Shown: positions 22,916-36,385 of the stretch, piece by piece
How positions within the stretch are numbered: the first letter of the stretch is position 1
Layout: every line of letters starts with the position of its first letter
Source of the DNA: Tricharina praecox
Lineage: Eukaryota
Direction of reading: 5' to 3'
Length of the DNA: 64,000 nt
Assembly: GCF_024521635.1 (NCBI RefSeq)
Contig: NW_026250426.1
Span: forward strand, 372,001-436,000
Notes under the pieces: model-generated
Seen by the model: only the letters and a program-made list of their open reading frames with translations
What the model was told of the DNA's origin: nothing
Database searches by the model: none
Program-made: the position numbers and the translations under genes

Positions 22916-23854
22916 CTACTTCTTCTTCCCACCGAGGCCACCGGCAACATTCGTGGCCTCCTCGATGGCCCTCGCAATGACACTGCGGACGTTGCCATCT
23001 TCCATCCTGGTCAATCCTGCAATTGTACAGCCCCCGGGCGTCGAAACCTGCTCGCGGATAATAGCAGGATGCTGGCCCTCCAGAATCATCGCCGCAGTTC
23101 CCCGCATAGCTACATCCCATCAGCACCTCCATGCACACATACCACTAGGTGTGGGCGGGAACCCACTCTGCGCCGCCATCTCGACCGCCGCCTGCCTAGG
23201 CACGCCCATGAGCACGCCGCCATCGGCCATAGCCTCGACAAACAGGGCATAGAACGCAGGACCACTTCCACACAGGGCCGTAGCAACATCCATATGTTTC
23301 TCCTCGAGCACCAGACAGCGTCCGATCTGGCTAAAGACCCACTGGACCATCTCCAGGTCCTCCTCCGGCAGCCCCATCTGGGGCGCAATAACGGTCATAC
23401 TCTCGCGGACCTTCGCGGCGGTATTGGGCATGACCCTGACGACCCCCCTAGCCTTGGGCGCCAGCTCGTGCAGCTGCCCGATCGTCACGCCTGCGCAGAT
23501 CGACACCAGCAGCTTCCCGGAGAGCGCCTCGGCGACCCCCGGCGCAGACAGGATCGCACCGACCATGTACGGCTTGCAACCGAGCAGCACGGCGGACGAA
23601 GCGCGTATGCCCGCAAGGTTGTCGTTGACCAGGATCTGTGTGGGCGCGCACGAGGCGCCCACGGCGAGCACGGCTTCGATGCGTGCGCCGGAGGAGGCGC
23701 GCTGTACGCACGCGATGAAACGGCTGGGGATACTGGCGGGGATGGAGGAGGCGTCGCTGCTGCTGGAGAGCGCGTCTTGGATGCCGCAGAGGATTGCGGT
23801 GCCCAGGGTGCCGCAGCCGAGGATCGTGAGGGTGTTGGCGCTGGGGTCGCTCAT
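22916..23854 (-). CDS. PRO3: Pyrroline-5-carboxylate reductase; 2 exons
   Basis: ILGCGTLG Rossmann motif, VRVMPNT, TALCGSGPAF, VSTPGGCTIAGL; intron at about 23110-23165 joins AAQ-T-MRGTA. Confidence 0.95.
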
Positions 23855-23999
23855 TTTGCTTGCTTGCTTGCTGGAGGGGTGGGTGGTGATGAGATGTCGT
23901 GACTTGACGAGTGTGGTCGACCCCGCTATTAGCTCGCTTTGTGGCGCAGGAGGTATTGAGTGAGCTCATCTTGCCAATTTTCACCCCGGTCGATAATCG

Positions 24000-24072
24000 G
24001 CTCTGGTGGCCAAGCTGGTAAGGCGCGTCACTAGTAATGACGAGATCCTCGGTTCAACTCCGAGTCAGAGCA
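24000..24072 (+). tRNA. tRNA-Thr (AGT), identical second copy
   Basis: Same 73-nt sequence as 3860-3932, followed directly by a T6 Pol III terminator. Confidence 0.96.
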
Positions 24073-27000
24073 TTTTTTGTTGTTTTTCTACTAGTCGGGA
24101 CACAGACACTCACTCGCTTCAGTTTTTTTTGCGACGCTTGAAAAACGAAGACTGCGGATAGAACAGGACAGGAGGAAAGTCGACGCCGCGATAATCTCTG
24201 TAGGTTAAAGGTGAATACGATAAACAAGCAAGAAAAGAGTTTGGAAGCAAAATACAAGCGAATGCGATTTCCTCTACAAGCCAGGGTAAGAGTGATCTCT
24301 GATTCAACTGCCTCTCCCCATCTCTTTCGGCCCTTCCCCCCCAGCCATGGAGTAGCTAGGTGGCTTAGGGTGTTGGCTATGCGACCAGTGATTCCCCCTA
24401 TGATACCTCTTGGAGCTCCGGGAGCCGTTGTAGCCGCCGTCGCTAGGGATACCGGCGAGTTAGCACAGCGAGACTTATATGTAGTTACATACATGGTACA
24501 TACCTCTCCGGCTTCGCTGAGCGGAGCAGTGCTGCAATTCACATACGGCACCGCAAGCTATCTACCTACCGTACCGACCATGCGGAGGGGGGTGGATGTT
24601 ACTCCGCAACAATTGTCAGTGTGGAGTGCAGTATCTCAACATCTCACTCGGCAGACTTATCGGTCCTTCATCTTCCGGCCAGTAACTAAGGGAGTAAAGG
24701 GGGAGGAGGGGATCTTGAATATGAACTAGGGAGTTGAAAGGGGCTTGATTACCGCCCTGCCCTGGAGAGACGAGACGGCGACATCTAGCTCCAGCGAAGA
24801 ACCGCAGAAGCCCGCGCAGTCGACCGGCGATGGCATATGGTAGGTACATAGGTAGATCCGCCTCACTCCCTTCCTCCCTCTGCATACATCATCACTCATG
24901 GAGTCATAGAAACCACCTCTTGCACAAACCCGTCTTTGTCGGATGGATGTCAACAAACTCGGGAATGTTTCGGCCCCACCCATGCCCATGCCATGACGTT
25001 CACTCGCTCCTTTCCGCCCCCGTGCTATGTACCAGCACCAGTACCAGTACCACCTCCCATCCAGCCCACCCAGCCCAGCAGCCCACCCAGCACGCCGGCC
25101 GATACGGGAAACCACCAGCCGCCCCCCTCCCTAACCACCCTTCTAGATCTCGGCGATCCCGGATCGTGCATGCATACATACGAGATCGTGATCCCAGTCG
25201 ACACCAGTAGTTCATGTATCCATGTACATACTATTCTTCGGCAAGTTTGCTGAGCGTGGGGGTGTAGTGGGGGTGTGATGGGGTGGGGATGGGGATGGGG
25301 GTGAGATGGGGGTGAGGAACGTCGGGGAACATGGCTGCGATTCACCGCTCGCTCGCTCACGCACGCACGCACGAGTTGGCGCGCCGGATGGGCGGATATG
25401 AGAAGTCTGGAGAGTGCGTACAGCTGCAGCATGGAGAGGAGAGGATATCGTAGGTAGGTATCCCAGTACATCTGTGCCATTGGCGGTCAGTGCCATAGGT
25501 ACATACCGAGGTTTCTCGGTTTCTTGGTTTCTCGGGGGCGCTCACGTGGTTCGGATCTTCCTTAGGCAGGCGTGAAGATTGCATATTTATACTGGCCGCC
25601 CCCATCCCTCCACGTATGTACCTAGGTACGTGATACGCTTTCCCTGATCAACCATTGAATCGTGTGGATTGGAGATCCGAAGATCCGCTGCTCCAGGGTT
25701 GGAGGCTTGGAGCGGCTCACACTGGGCTGGATCCGGAGCCTGGCGTCGTATTGCGGTTCATATGCCATATGCGGGCCCGTATGATCACTGCTGGGTGAAG
25801 GCTATATATGTAGGTTCTCGTCGCAGCGGACCGTGGATAGGAGAGGTGTGCGATATCTCAACTCCCAACTCCCGAGCTTCGGGGGCATGTGAGATCCTGT
25901 GCACATATCCCATGGACCAGGAAGAGAGCGCATCCCAGTGTTCTATTCTCCTCCCTTTCCCACGATGCATTTCGTGGACTGTGTCCCTACATAGAAGCCA
26001 CGCTCGGGTCGGTTAAACATATAACCCGCACTCCCCCGGATCCCCACTAGAAGCCTCGAGAGGAGCCATCTCCTTCCGTCAAAGTTCATCACGTGCAGTA
26101 CCTATGGCAGCCCTGTCTTGCCGTCTCACCGTAAGTATGAATTGCATTTCTATTCTTTTCTCCTCCAGCTGGGTCTCATCGTCTCAGTGGGCAATCACCT
26201 AGGTACCAAGTAGTTTCCCGCCTAATTAGCTCTTGATTTATAAGGGTAGCCGTCACCGACACCGACTCACCGCATGTCTCCATCCAACTACCGGTAACTA
26301 TTAGTAACTACCCTGCTATGTAACCGGGGAAACAAACCCGTCAGAGACAGCCTCAAAGACAGCCTCAGACTCAGACAAGATGAGACATGTGGGGGCTCAG
26401 TTAGTTCTGCTCGGTTCGGTTCGTTCGGAAGCGTGTTGCCGACTTGAGGGGGCGTGTGTGTACTCTAGGTATGGTGAGGCCGGGAATTCTAGAGAATTCT
26501 GGAGAAGTTAGGGCAGAGGAGAGGAGTGGATTATGTACGTCTCAGTCTACCATACTCTTCTTTTGCTCAGTCGTAGGTACGTGTGTATGTAATCAATTCC
26601 CAAACTCCAGATTCCGGCGTGAGCGGCTACCTACTAGGTACATACTGGTTCAGCACGGTGCGATTGATCGATTTATTCAACCTTGGAATTCCTATATGTA
26701 ACAGCAGCCCATGCGTGCTACCTACTCGACTGCTTGCAGAATTTCTGGGTCGGATATTTAACTTGACTTGACTTTTGATTACGGCGTCGGGTTGAGACAT
26801 GGTGACGACACTTTCGTTTGTACTCTGGTCCTCGGGCAGTTGCTACGGAGCACTCCCCGCTCCTGCGGGTTCCCGAAAGTACATACCCGGTAGATGCTGT
26901 ATTCCAACTTCCCACAGCATACCGTTCCAAATCTTGACGGACGCAATGATCCGAATCGCAGCCAACCAGGTAACCAACTTCCAAGTAGGCCTCCCGGGCG

Positions 27001-28184
27001 CAGCAACTGTGCGGTGTCAATAGTTGAAACCTGAAGTCGGAAGAGAAGAAGAAGAGAAAAGGGGCAATCCCTGCGCCGATCCGATTCGCGACGCCGGTAG
27101 ATCTTGGATCGCGCGCGTCGGCGTCGGCGTCGCAGCGCAGTCTAGAATATGTTTGAAACAATCCGATATCACATCTTGCGGCGATCGAACACGGGATGAT
27201 TTGGAGGAACCAGAGTAACTGGAGTGGAGTGGAGTGGGGCGAATTGGGGTAGAGCTTCTTCCGTCGGAAATGAATCATCATCATCACGTCGTACATGTGG
27301 CATGATTCGAGACTGATTCGGGACACTATTGAGTGATGTACCAACAAGGCGCCGGATGCGAGTGAGATGTGATACATAGGCACTCTATGGATCGACTCCG
27401 CACGGTCGAAGTGAAGACATCTCACAAGGCTGTGCTGGACAACGTTCGGTCCCACAGAATTCTTCATGACAAATGACAGGATCATTCCTTCGCTGTACTA
27501 CAACCTCCGTCGGGACCAACAAATATCGGCTTTCGGGGAGCGATAAATGCGAGCGACCGAGTACCGTACACTTCCGAACAGACATATAGGTGGGGCGGAA
27601 AAGGTGTGACTTGTCTGACCGAGCGACCGTCACCGTCCCCGCCGCAAAGTTGGATCGACGGATCGCATACCTGAGTACTGGGCACAGAGAATTAGTATTA
27701 GAGTAGTACGTATGTATGAATACGCTGCCTCGGGAGGTCTGGGTTCTAGCCCACACTGCACAGGAGCCCTTCTCGGAGCGATTGTTCCATACCTGCCTGC
27801 CGTTTCTATTCTGCATCAGGGGGAGGGGCTTACCTAGAGTATCTGCCGAGTGCCGCCGTGGGGAGTGCACGCTCATTACGGATCTCGACGAGTCGTTGGA
27901 TAGTGCGAGGCCGAGGAGGAGGCTAGATGAGGATGCAAAACTTGAAAGCCCTGATACCCAGAGTAGAGCACCTCCTACCTGCCGAAGACCGGGGGCGGGG
28001 GCAGTCCTTGATTACCTTGATTCATGGGCGGTCACCTACTAGTACATACGCCGTCCTTCGTGTTCGCGTTCGCGTTCGCGTGGGCACTGAGGCTTGCGTT
28101 GCTGAGGCTTGCGGATGCATCCCGCACCGTACCGTATCGCAAGTGCAACTTCCACGTTCTACATTTGCCGGGGCTGTGCCGCCC

Positions 28185-28265
28185 GTCGAGTCGAGTCGAG
28201 TCGAGTCGAGTCGGGTTGTCGACGTCAAAGTGCAAAGTGCAAAGTGCAAAGTGCAAAGTGCAAAT
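28185..28265. repeat. Adjacent microsatellites (GTCGA)n and (AAAGTGC)n
   Basis: gtcgagtcgagtcgag... followed by caaagtgcaaagtgc... (about 5 units each). Confidence 0.85.
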
Positions 28266-29476
28266 AGTGGGGATTGGACTCCGCTGCTTCGCAGTCATCC
28301 AACAGCAGAAAGAAAGTGTTCTGGGATGGTCACATGGGCTACAGATGTGCGAGCCCCATCAGGAAGTTTCTAGGCTGGAGTGAGAGAGAGAGAGAGAGAG
28401 AGAGTAAGCAGAGTGAGCGCGTGTGAACAAGCGACCCAGGACGCGGTTAGTTATGCACCTCGGAACTATTTTCCAGGAGGTCCATATCGAGCACTCTACA
28501 TGGGGGACTCGCGAGAATCTGCTTCTTACAGCAGCACCTGGCTGAGATGCTTCCCTTTCCAGGATAGGATGGTTAATGCTGACGTTGCAGGGAGGGAGGG
28601 AGGGAGGGGGCGATTGGGGCGATTGGGATGATTGGGATGTGTCCCATCTCTCGAGTCTTGCGATTGTCCAGCGGGTGCATGTGTAGCTGAAGAAGCTGGA
28701 GAAGCAGCGTCTGCATGTGCAATGTGCATTCTCGGTGTGCTGGGTATTTCGATGCACTGCACACTGCACCACAACGTTCGTTCGATCGAGTCCTATCCGA
28801 CTGTCGCCAAATCGTGCCTATATCGTACACGCCTACCCTTGCTCTGCAGAGTACTCTACATAGCATAATCAGAGAGACGAGCAATCCTGTGTTCCCGGCA
28901 ATCTTGGCGGGCGGCACAGAGATCCCGTTCTGCCTATTGCTTCTTCTTCTTCTTTTCTTCTTTAGTTTTCTTTTTGAGAGAGAGGAAACTCACGTGGACG
29001 TCAACCGAAAGAAGAAGAAGAAAACAACTGTGCAAGTTACATATTCGCTCTCGCTCTGGGCCCTGTGGAGTTTGTGGACTGGTACGGCGCATGCATGCAT
29101 ACTGGCGAGGCCCAATCCGTTATGCATGGTCAGCCTCGTTCCGTCAACTCAAGTTACTCAACACGAAAGCTGATTCCCGAACGACCGCTTGGAAGCCGGG
29201 GCCGAGACTTGTGACTGACTGACTTTTGTACACTTACCTGGGCTACATTCAGTACTCTGCATAGTTGTCGTGCACAATCAATCCGTATCCGTATCCGAGT
29301 GCCTGCGCCTGTGCTTGAAAGTTGACCGCCACCTCTCTTCCATACATTGGATGTAGAGTAATTCCATGTTTGCTTTTGGGTTTTCATGCTACATACACCA
29401 GCAAGAACAAGCGATAGGTTGCATGTCCACATCCAGCTCGCGAGATGCAACAGATGGCCGCTTCCAGCGCACGGCC

Positions 29477-29478
<2 letters not shown>

Positions 29479-29544
<66 letters not shown>
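29479..29544. repeat. Hexanucleotide microsatellite (GTCGTG)11
   Basis: Perfect tandem array read directly. Confidence 0.95.
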
Positions 29545-29545
<1 letters not shown>

Positions 29546-31360
29546 CCTGCCATCTCTGACATGACAGGCCCACGCAACGCAACGTAGTCCGGGCCCGGCC
29601 GCGGCCAATGCAGGCGTGAGGCGTGCCGCGTGAGTACCTAGATTAACCGATCATGCTTCGATGTTGCTCTCTCAGCCAGTCAGTGTTATTGGAAAGAAAA
29701 GGAAAAAAGGTGGAGATATGCTTGTTTTATCATATGTGCTCTATGCCGGACTGAATGGATTGATGGGATGGGGTATCTTTGAATCCCACTAGAACCAGGC
29801 AGATGGGCATGTATGCGGGGAGGGGAGGGAGGGGAGGGGGGGGGGGGAGGGGAAGGGGGGGGAGGGAGGAGGAGATCACGCCCCGCCGACCTGTCATGTC
29901 ACCTCCAGGCTCCCGCAGGCTTCGGATCCCACCAACTTCCCAGCCCGGCCCGGCCGCTCACCAAAACGTGAGGGAGGGAGAGACATCGGTACTCGGTGGA
30001 CCGACTCCCCGCACGCGCGCCTGTAGGCTGCAGTTGTGCCTGTGCCTCTCCCATCCGGTGTCGTCCATCGAATCCACAACTGTGCTCCTCTGGAGTCTGG
30101 AGTCTGTTCGATGTGCGGCTGTCGTCCACCTACTCCACCTAGGTACCTATGATAGCATGGCCATCCCTGCCAGAAACACGGCGCTGAAAACGCAGGGAAG
30201 CACACCACCACCACCACCGCCGCCGCCCATCGATCGAGTCGTCATGGGTATGCATGTTTGTATCTGCTCGAGTACTGCAGACTCCAGAACAGCCGGCCGG
30301 TTTCGAGAAAGGAAAGCGACGCGCCAATCAATCTGGATCTTGACTCTTGAGATTGCAATCTAGGTAGAGTACTCCACTCTACTCTACTGCCTATTAGTAT
30401 CCGACCGGCAACGAGACGAAGGGCGGGAGGGAAGGAGCGAACGAGCGAACGAGCGAACGAGCCTTTGCCTATGCATACATAGAGTACGATCAGATGCTCG
30501 GGATGTCGGTGAGGACTGCGGGCTGTGGACTGCGGGCTGTGGACTACGGTGGGATATCGATCCTATGCTGTCCTGGAGCACCGGGGTTCCAACCGCTTTC
30601 TTTCTGCCCTTAACTCCAACTGCATCGGAGGGTGGGTTCGTCTGGTCGGCGGTGATTCTTAACCCCGCTCCCTCCGCTCCCTTCCTCCGCACACAGCGAT
30701 CCCCTTCTGATCTTGCAAGTTGCAACGCAGCTGATTATTTTCTTCACATGCAGCGTCTCTGCTGCGGGCTCGCTTGTGTCGTTCGGGTGTCTGTCTATGT
30801 ATCTGTCTGCGATGCTGCCGGATAAACTGCTGCAGGCAGGCAGGAAGCGCCCTGAAAATCAGCATGCGCTCCCAGTTCTCCAGGTTTTCCGTGGCTCGCC
30901 GGCTTTTCTTACATGGTTACCGTGGCCATGCATCCATCCACATCTGAACAGATCAGATCTCGCGTTTCCGATCGATCCTGATATCATTTTTTTTTCCATC
31001 ATGTCTCGTCAGCTGTGCTCTAGCTGGTATTTTGCCGACCCACAGAAATCGCAGCACGGTTATCGCTCGGTTCCTGGTACCTACTGAGTAGAGTACCGTA
31101 CGGCAGGTCGTGACAAGCAAGGGAATCCATCCTAGATTCCCTTCCAAACAGCCATGAGTAGGGAAACCCCTTTTGCTTACATACCCTGGGTAAACTCGGC
31201 GTGGCAGAACGGCTTTCGGGCTTTCAGGCGAGGGTTTTCGGCGGCGAGGGTTTTCAGCCTGAGGACCTTGACGACCCTGCCCGTGAGGCATGCATCCATC
31301 TGTATATCTCTGTATGCACATGCTATTGTAGCGCACTGCTCCGCGATCGTCGGGCAGTCC

Positions 31361-31438
31361 GTACTCTACTCGACGTACCGTACTCTACTCTACGTGCCGT
31401 ACTCTACTCTACGTACCGTACTCTACTCTACGTACCGT
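31361..31438. repeat. 19-bp minisatellite x4 (GTACTCTACTCTACGTACC)
   Basis: Four near-identical tandem units with single substitutions. Confidence 0.9.
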
Positions 31439-33269
31439 GAGTAAGCATGGTACTCTGCTTCAGTATCAACTCACTCGAGAGGTGATGTCTCAGTTCTGGT
31501 TTCAGAAGGCCTACTGTTGCACATCGCAATAACCAAAACTGTTACTCCACCTCTTAAGTGAGATGATACCCCATCTATGTACAGCACCTACGTAACTTCT
31601 GAGTCGTGGCTGACTGACTTCCGGAAGACCGTCTTGTCAGTGGTCGCTGCTGGATCCCGCACCAATTTTGCGGACCGTCTGGAAACGACCTAGCACGTAC
31701 CGTACCAGCCTACCGTGCCAGCCTAGATATCTATGGAGACTACATATTTCCCCTAGCCAGACCGCCAAAACCAGCCTCTGACGCAACCGTACGTCAAGGG
31801 TGCGCGGATGTTTTGGGCCTCCTCATCTCTGGCTGGCTCGCTCGCTCACGTACCGTTACACCAACCACCCACCCACGCTGGAGATAAGGTTCCGGCCGGG
31901 GTCGGGGTCGGGGTCGGGGGGGAAGGAGGCGGAGAGCCAACACCAATACCCCCGGGTCCCGCATCGGGTTAACGCCGCCGCCGCCGCGAAGGAACACGAG
32001 GGGAAGGGATGGGAAGGGATGGGATGGGGTGTGGCTTCCATACACTGTCAACACACCACACACACACACACAGAGAGAGAGAGACAGAGAGAGACAGAGA
32101 GAGTGTCCGGGCGGCCGGGTGGGTCCACTGCTTTTGACAGCATGAAATCACCGTGCCCCATCTCCCCCCTCCACCCCCCGCGCCGCCACCAACTGACAGC
32201 TGAGTATCCAGGTAAACACTTGCCGTGTGGCTTGAAGCCCACGACTAGGCGTGCATGAATGTACCAGTATCGGGGAGGCGGAGAAGGAGGAGGAAGAAGA
32301 AGACTCAAGAGAAGGCGCTGAGACCCTCACCCCCTCCCAAATCTCTCTCTTCGATCATCAGGGGGAGGGGCCCCAATACCCAGGGTCGGAGTGAGCCTAA
32401 GTAGAGCAACTGGCAGTGGTAGGGCGTGTTACCTTCACCGCAGGCGGATGGAAATTCCTGGGCCTGCTATGTACCTACGTGACACTCGGCGTGGTCTGGG
32501 AGCCGATATCTGGCAGCGTAAGGGCCCGGTGGATGGCTGTTCGATTGGCTGGATGATTCTGCCGCGGGCCCGCCAGAACTCAGAAGCAATCTACAGGGGA
32601 CCATACTATCAACGTCCCCACTTTTCCACTTTTCCTTCCGGAAACAAACAGAGCATCTAAACTACTCTAGAACGACGAGCTTCTTCTCCATGTACTATGA
32701 TGGCTAGTGCTCGCTCTGTTAGTGACATGCGCTTCCCTTACATACGTCCCCGGGTTAACGCCTAACGGTATAACTAATACCTACAGCGGTGCGCAGGAAT
32801 TGCCTGTGCAGGCCAAAACAGCTGCAGATCGTAGGAAGACACGAACCATTTAGGGCTCTCGTAATTATTACGAGGCCGATCCAGTGTGCTGCCTCTCCGT
32901 CTGTTTATGTATATCCTCCCCCACACCCCACCCCCTCCCCCCAGCCTGCCCGCTCGCTCTCTTGGGTTCTCGTGGCCCCGAACACTCCTTACCTTTCCAC
33001 CTGGCCCCTCCAAGACAGGACCGTCCATCCCACCTACATAACCTTCCTCCTCATCACACCCACGCAAACCCACTCTGCTATCCAAACATACTTCATAACT
33101 ACGCTCCTTTGCAGGGCATACTCGCTGCCCCACTCGCTTACTCACTGACTCACCTGGAAACATTCCATTCGTTCTTTTGCTTTTCCTCACCTTCTATATA
33201 CATACTTCACACGAAAAGTCTCGGAACTCGGGCAAAAAGCATATCCCCCCACCCATCCCGTCGTTCACT

Positions 33270-34835
33270 ATGGTGTACAACATCCTGAAGTATCGTCGGC
33301 CCGCCTTCGTTAGGAGCACTAGGGGTTCCGACAAGTGGGATGGCGAGTCCATTTCGCTGTCCCCCACCAACGGCAGCTGTGGTATCTCGGGTATCCCCAC
33401 TGCCCTCGAGTTCGAGAGAGTCGTCGACGGCGGCACCTGTCCGGTATGGTTCACTTTAACCCTCCGTCTGCCGAGAATCATGAGTACTGATGATGATCCG
33501 TGCATAGCCATTGAGCTGCCGTGACTTCATGATGTACCTCCATCATGTCGAGCACAGTGTCGAGAACCTTCAGTTCTTCCTGTGGTACAGGGACTACGAA
33601 AAGCGGTTCGAGGCGCTCCCAGCGAACGAGAAGGCACTCTCGCCCGAATACAAGCCACCGCAGGCGGTCGACGGCGTGAATCAGCCCTCGCCCGCTCACC
33701 TGAAGACTAAGACCACTTGGGCCGTGCGGCAGTTCGTCGACAACGCGTTCGCCAAGGAGAGCCAGAGCTCAAAGACGGCATTGACGGAGCCGGCGGCGGC
33801 CTGGGGTGGACACAAGGGATTCGGCGATATCAGTCCGTTCCTGACGCCGCCGGGAACGGGTTGTGGCGCGAGCACCATCGGTGGAAGCAATAGGGATGTT
33901 GTCACGCCGTTTGGCTGTGGCAGCGGTGCGCTTTCGATGGCTACCACTGCTATCGACCACAAGAATATCACGGCCGAGGCCTTTGAGGGCGTCGATGTCA
34001 AGTGGCAGCCTTGTTGGTTTTCACCTACGTGTTTGCATCCGACATGCACTGACTCCTGGCGTAGTCTCGATTCAACCTTTCCGGGACGAGATATCCCGCA
34101 TCATTGCCATCTACATTTCCGAGGGATCCCCCCGCGAACTCAACCTTTCCTCTCGGGACAGGACCACGGTCCTCCTCGCCCTGTCCAACACGACGCATCC
34201 GTCGGCCATGAAGAACGTCCGAGACCACATCGAGGGCCTCCTTCGATTCCAGTCCCACCCGAACTTTGTTCGCTGGTCCATCTGCAACGGCAACAAGCCC
34301 CGTGTCGTCTTCGCCGTGTGCTTGGGTATTTTCTTGATTCTGGCTGGACTCTTGGCTTCGATCATCATCACCGTGGTGGGCGGGGACGCCAACAGGGGAT
34401 GGAGGGCTATCGGGGCTATCGGTTGGCTGCTTGGTGCTGCTACGCTGTATGCTGGGCTCAAGGGCATGTGCGTTGTCTTGCACGGCAGGCATCGCCGACA
34501 TGTCCGTCCTTGGGAACTCTGGAGCGACTGTCAGGACACTGAAATGAAGGATTCGAAGCTGAGCTTTGAAACTTTGGGCACCAGGAATAGTTACGAAGAT
34601 GAAGTGAGCCTTGTCCCCCTTCCCACACATTCACAACCCCCCAGCTAACACAACCCAGCCCTGGATCGCCCGCTACCGTAAACGCACCCTCCTCCGCAAA
34701 ATCTTCGACCGCGAAGTCTGGATCGAAGAGCCGGCGCTCCGGCAGATCCAGGACACGATAGCTCTGCAAGCCCTCGGTGTAGCCTCGGTATTCGCGGCCA
34801 TCCTCACGGTTATCTTCGTGACCGTTCCCGTTTGA
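33270..34835 (+). CDS. RGS-domain protein with C-terminal transmembrane helices (Rax1/RgsB-related family); 4 exons
   Basis: GTCP|PLSCRDFMMYLHHVEHSVENLQFFLWYRDY, YISEGSPRELNLS, SHPNFVRWSICNGN, TM segments, RHVRPWELW and FDREVWIEEPALRQIQD. Confidence 0.88.
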
Positions 34836-35619
34836 ACCAGCCCCAGCCCAGCCCAGCCCAGCCCTGGCCCCTAGCTACGCTCACTCACATGATTTCCGCA
34901 CAAAATGGAGTTTTTTTATTTTTTATCTTTTACGGCGTAATTGGAGGGTTAGGTTAAATGGGGGGTTAAATTGGGGGTTAAATGGTGGGGGATACTGGCT
35001 TTTTTTTTTTGCTCTTGCGTTGCTTTGATTTGAATGGGATGGTTGGGTGGTGGGCCCGTTGGTGTATTGTATTGCTGCTTTTTTGTTTTTCTTTTTTTTC
35101 TTGCGTAATTGGGAGTGGGGGGGGGGGGGGGGGGGGGGGTGAGGTGAATGGGAGAAGGGGACGGTAATTGGGAGGAATGGATGGATGATGAGGGCGATGA
35201 GGACGAGGATGAAATGGCGGTTGGCTGTTGTTGGCTGTTAGCGGTTGGTAGACGAGGGGAAGCACGGACATATACTGACACCGTACTTGTACCGAGCTTG
35301 TACCGAACTGTATTGTAGACTTGTTGTCTAGTTGGAATGATACCCAACTTCTTGATTTAAGCTGTGTTGTAACTTGTGTTGTGAATGGTGATTCGAGCAG
35401 TAGAGTGAATGGGGTACGGTGGACGGTGGATGGTGGATGGTGTAGGTATTGGATATACAGGGAAAGCCTAAAGGAGGCTTCGGGCTCGACTCTCAAGTGT
35501 GTAGGTGTGGGAAGACCCGCGTCTTTCACCATCCACGGCCAGGCAGTCGAGTGATTTTTTTTTGTTTAATCATTGTCGATCGAGTGACATTAACAACACC
35601 GTGGAAGAGTGCGTAAAGC

Positions 35620-36197
35620 GAGTGAGAACTTGTGAACGTGTGAATAATCTTTGACTTTGACTTTGACTTTGTAGAGTACATAAGCCCGAGGGCGAAGCGT
35701 GCGGCCGGAAAGTGAGAGCAGGTGATGGATTGTGGTGACAGCAGGATGGATGGATGAATAGCGACTGGTCAGTCCGAATGGGGGGGATGGGGAACGGGCG
35801 GGATGGGGATGTTGCAGTACCTATTCGCGCGAGCGAGCTCTATCTGGTTATCTTCCAAGCAGCATCTTCCAAGCTCCAGCTTCCAAGCACCGCTGATTGA
35901 TAGGTACCGTTATGTACAATATTCACAACCCCGCGGAAGACAACGAGACGTGAGTGAAAACTTGTGAATGGCTACGAATGGCCACTGTGGTAAATCTTTG
36001 ACTTTAACTTTGTACATAGGTTACGAAAGGTAAGCCCGAGAGCGAAGTGAGCGTCCGGAAGGCAAGTGATGAGCGGTGCGCCAGCAGGATGGGGGTATGG
36101 ATGGCGGCTGGTCAGTCTGAAAGGGTGGGATATTGAATGGGCGGGATGTTGCAGTGTTGCAGTACCTATTCGTGGGAGCGAGCTATATCTTCCAAGC
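35620..36197. repeat. Diverged tandem duplication of a ~240-bp non-coding unit (35620-35860 and 35952-36197)
   Basis: Co-linear shared blocks: AACTTGTGAA, AATCTTTGACTTT, TAAGCCCGAG.GCGAAG, CAGCAGGATGG, CTGGTCAGTC.GAA, TGTTGCAGTACCTATTCG, GAGCGAGCT.TAT, TCTTCCAAGC. Confidence 0.85.
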
Positions 36198-36297
36198 CTG
36201 TATGTGCACACACAAACCCCATTCTGCCTGCCACTCACACACCTTGAGACCAGCAAAAGAACAAAGAACACCACCCTATTCGGGGGGAAGCAAAAAA

Positions 36298-36385
36298 TGA
36301 CTGTTCGCAGGATCGAACTGCGGACCTCTTGTGATCATCTTGCATGCATGTGAGACAAGTGTGATAGCCACTACACCAAACAGCC
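36298..36385 (-). tRNA. tRNA-Val (CAC) with a 15-nt intron (36334-36348)
   Basis: GGCTGTT/AACAGTC acceptor, CTTGT-CT-CAC-A[intron]C-ACAAG anticodon arm, CGCAG-TTCGATC-CTGCG T arm, T6 terminator. Confidence 0.93.

Noticed and set aside
26718..27485. 255-aa minus-strand ORF in the gene desert
   Set aside because: Random-looking composition crossing microsatellites; no supporting motif.
29154..29608. ORFs with poly-T, (HD)n, (RP)n and (WS)n tracts
   Set aside because: All derive from the (GTCGTG)11 microsatellite; no coding context.
31361..31438. Regular direct repeats superficially like a CRISPR array
   Set aside because: Head-to-tail minisatellite with no unique spacers, no cas genes, in a eukaryotic genome.
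34945..34985. Telomere-like GGGTTA/GGTTAAAT repeats
   Set aside because: Three degenerate 12-mers in a 3' UTR, not tandem TTAGGG, and no TAACCCTAA telomerase template.
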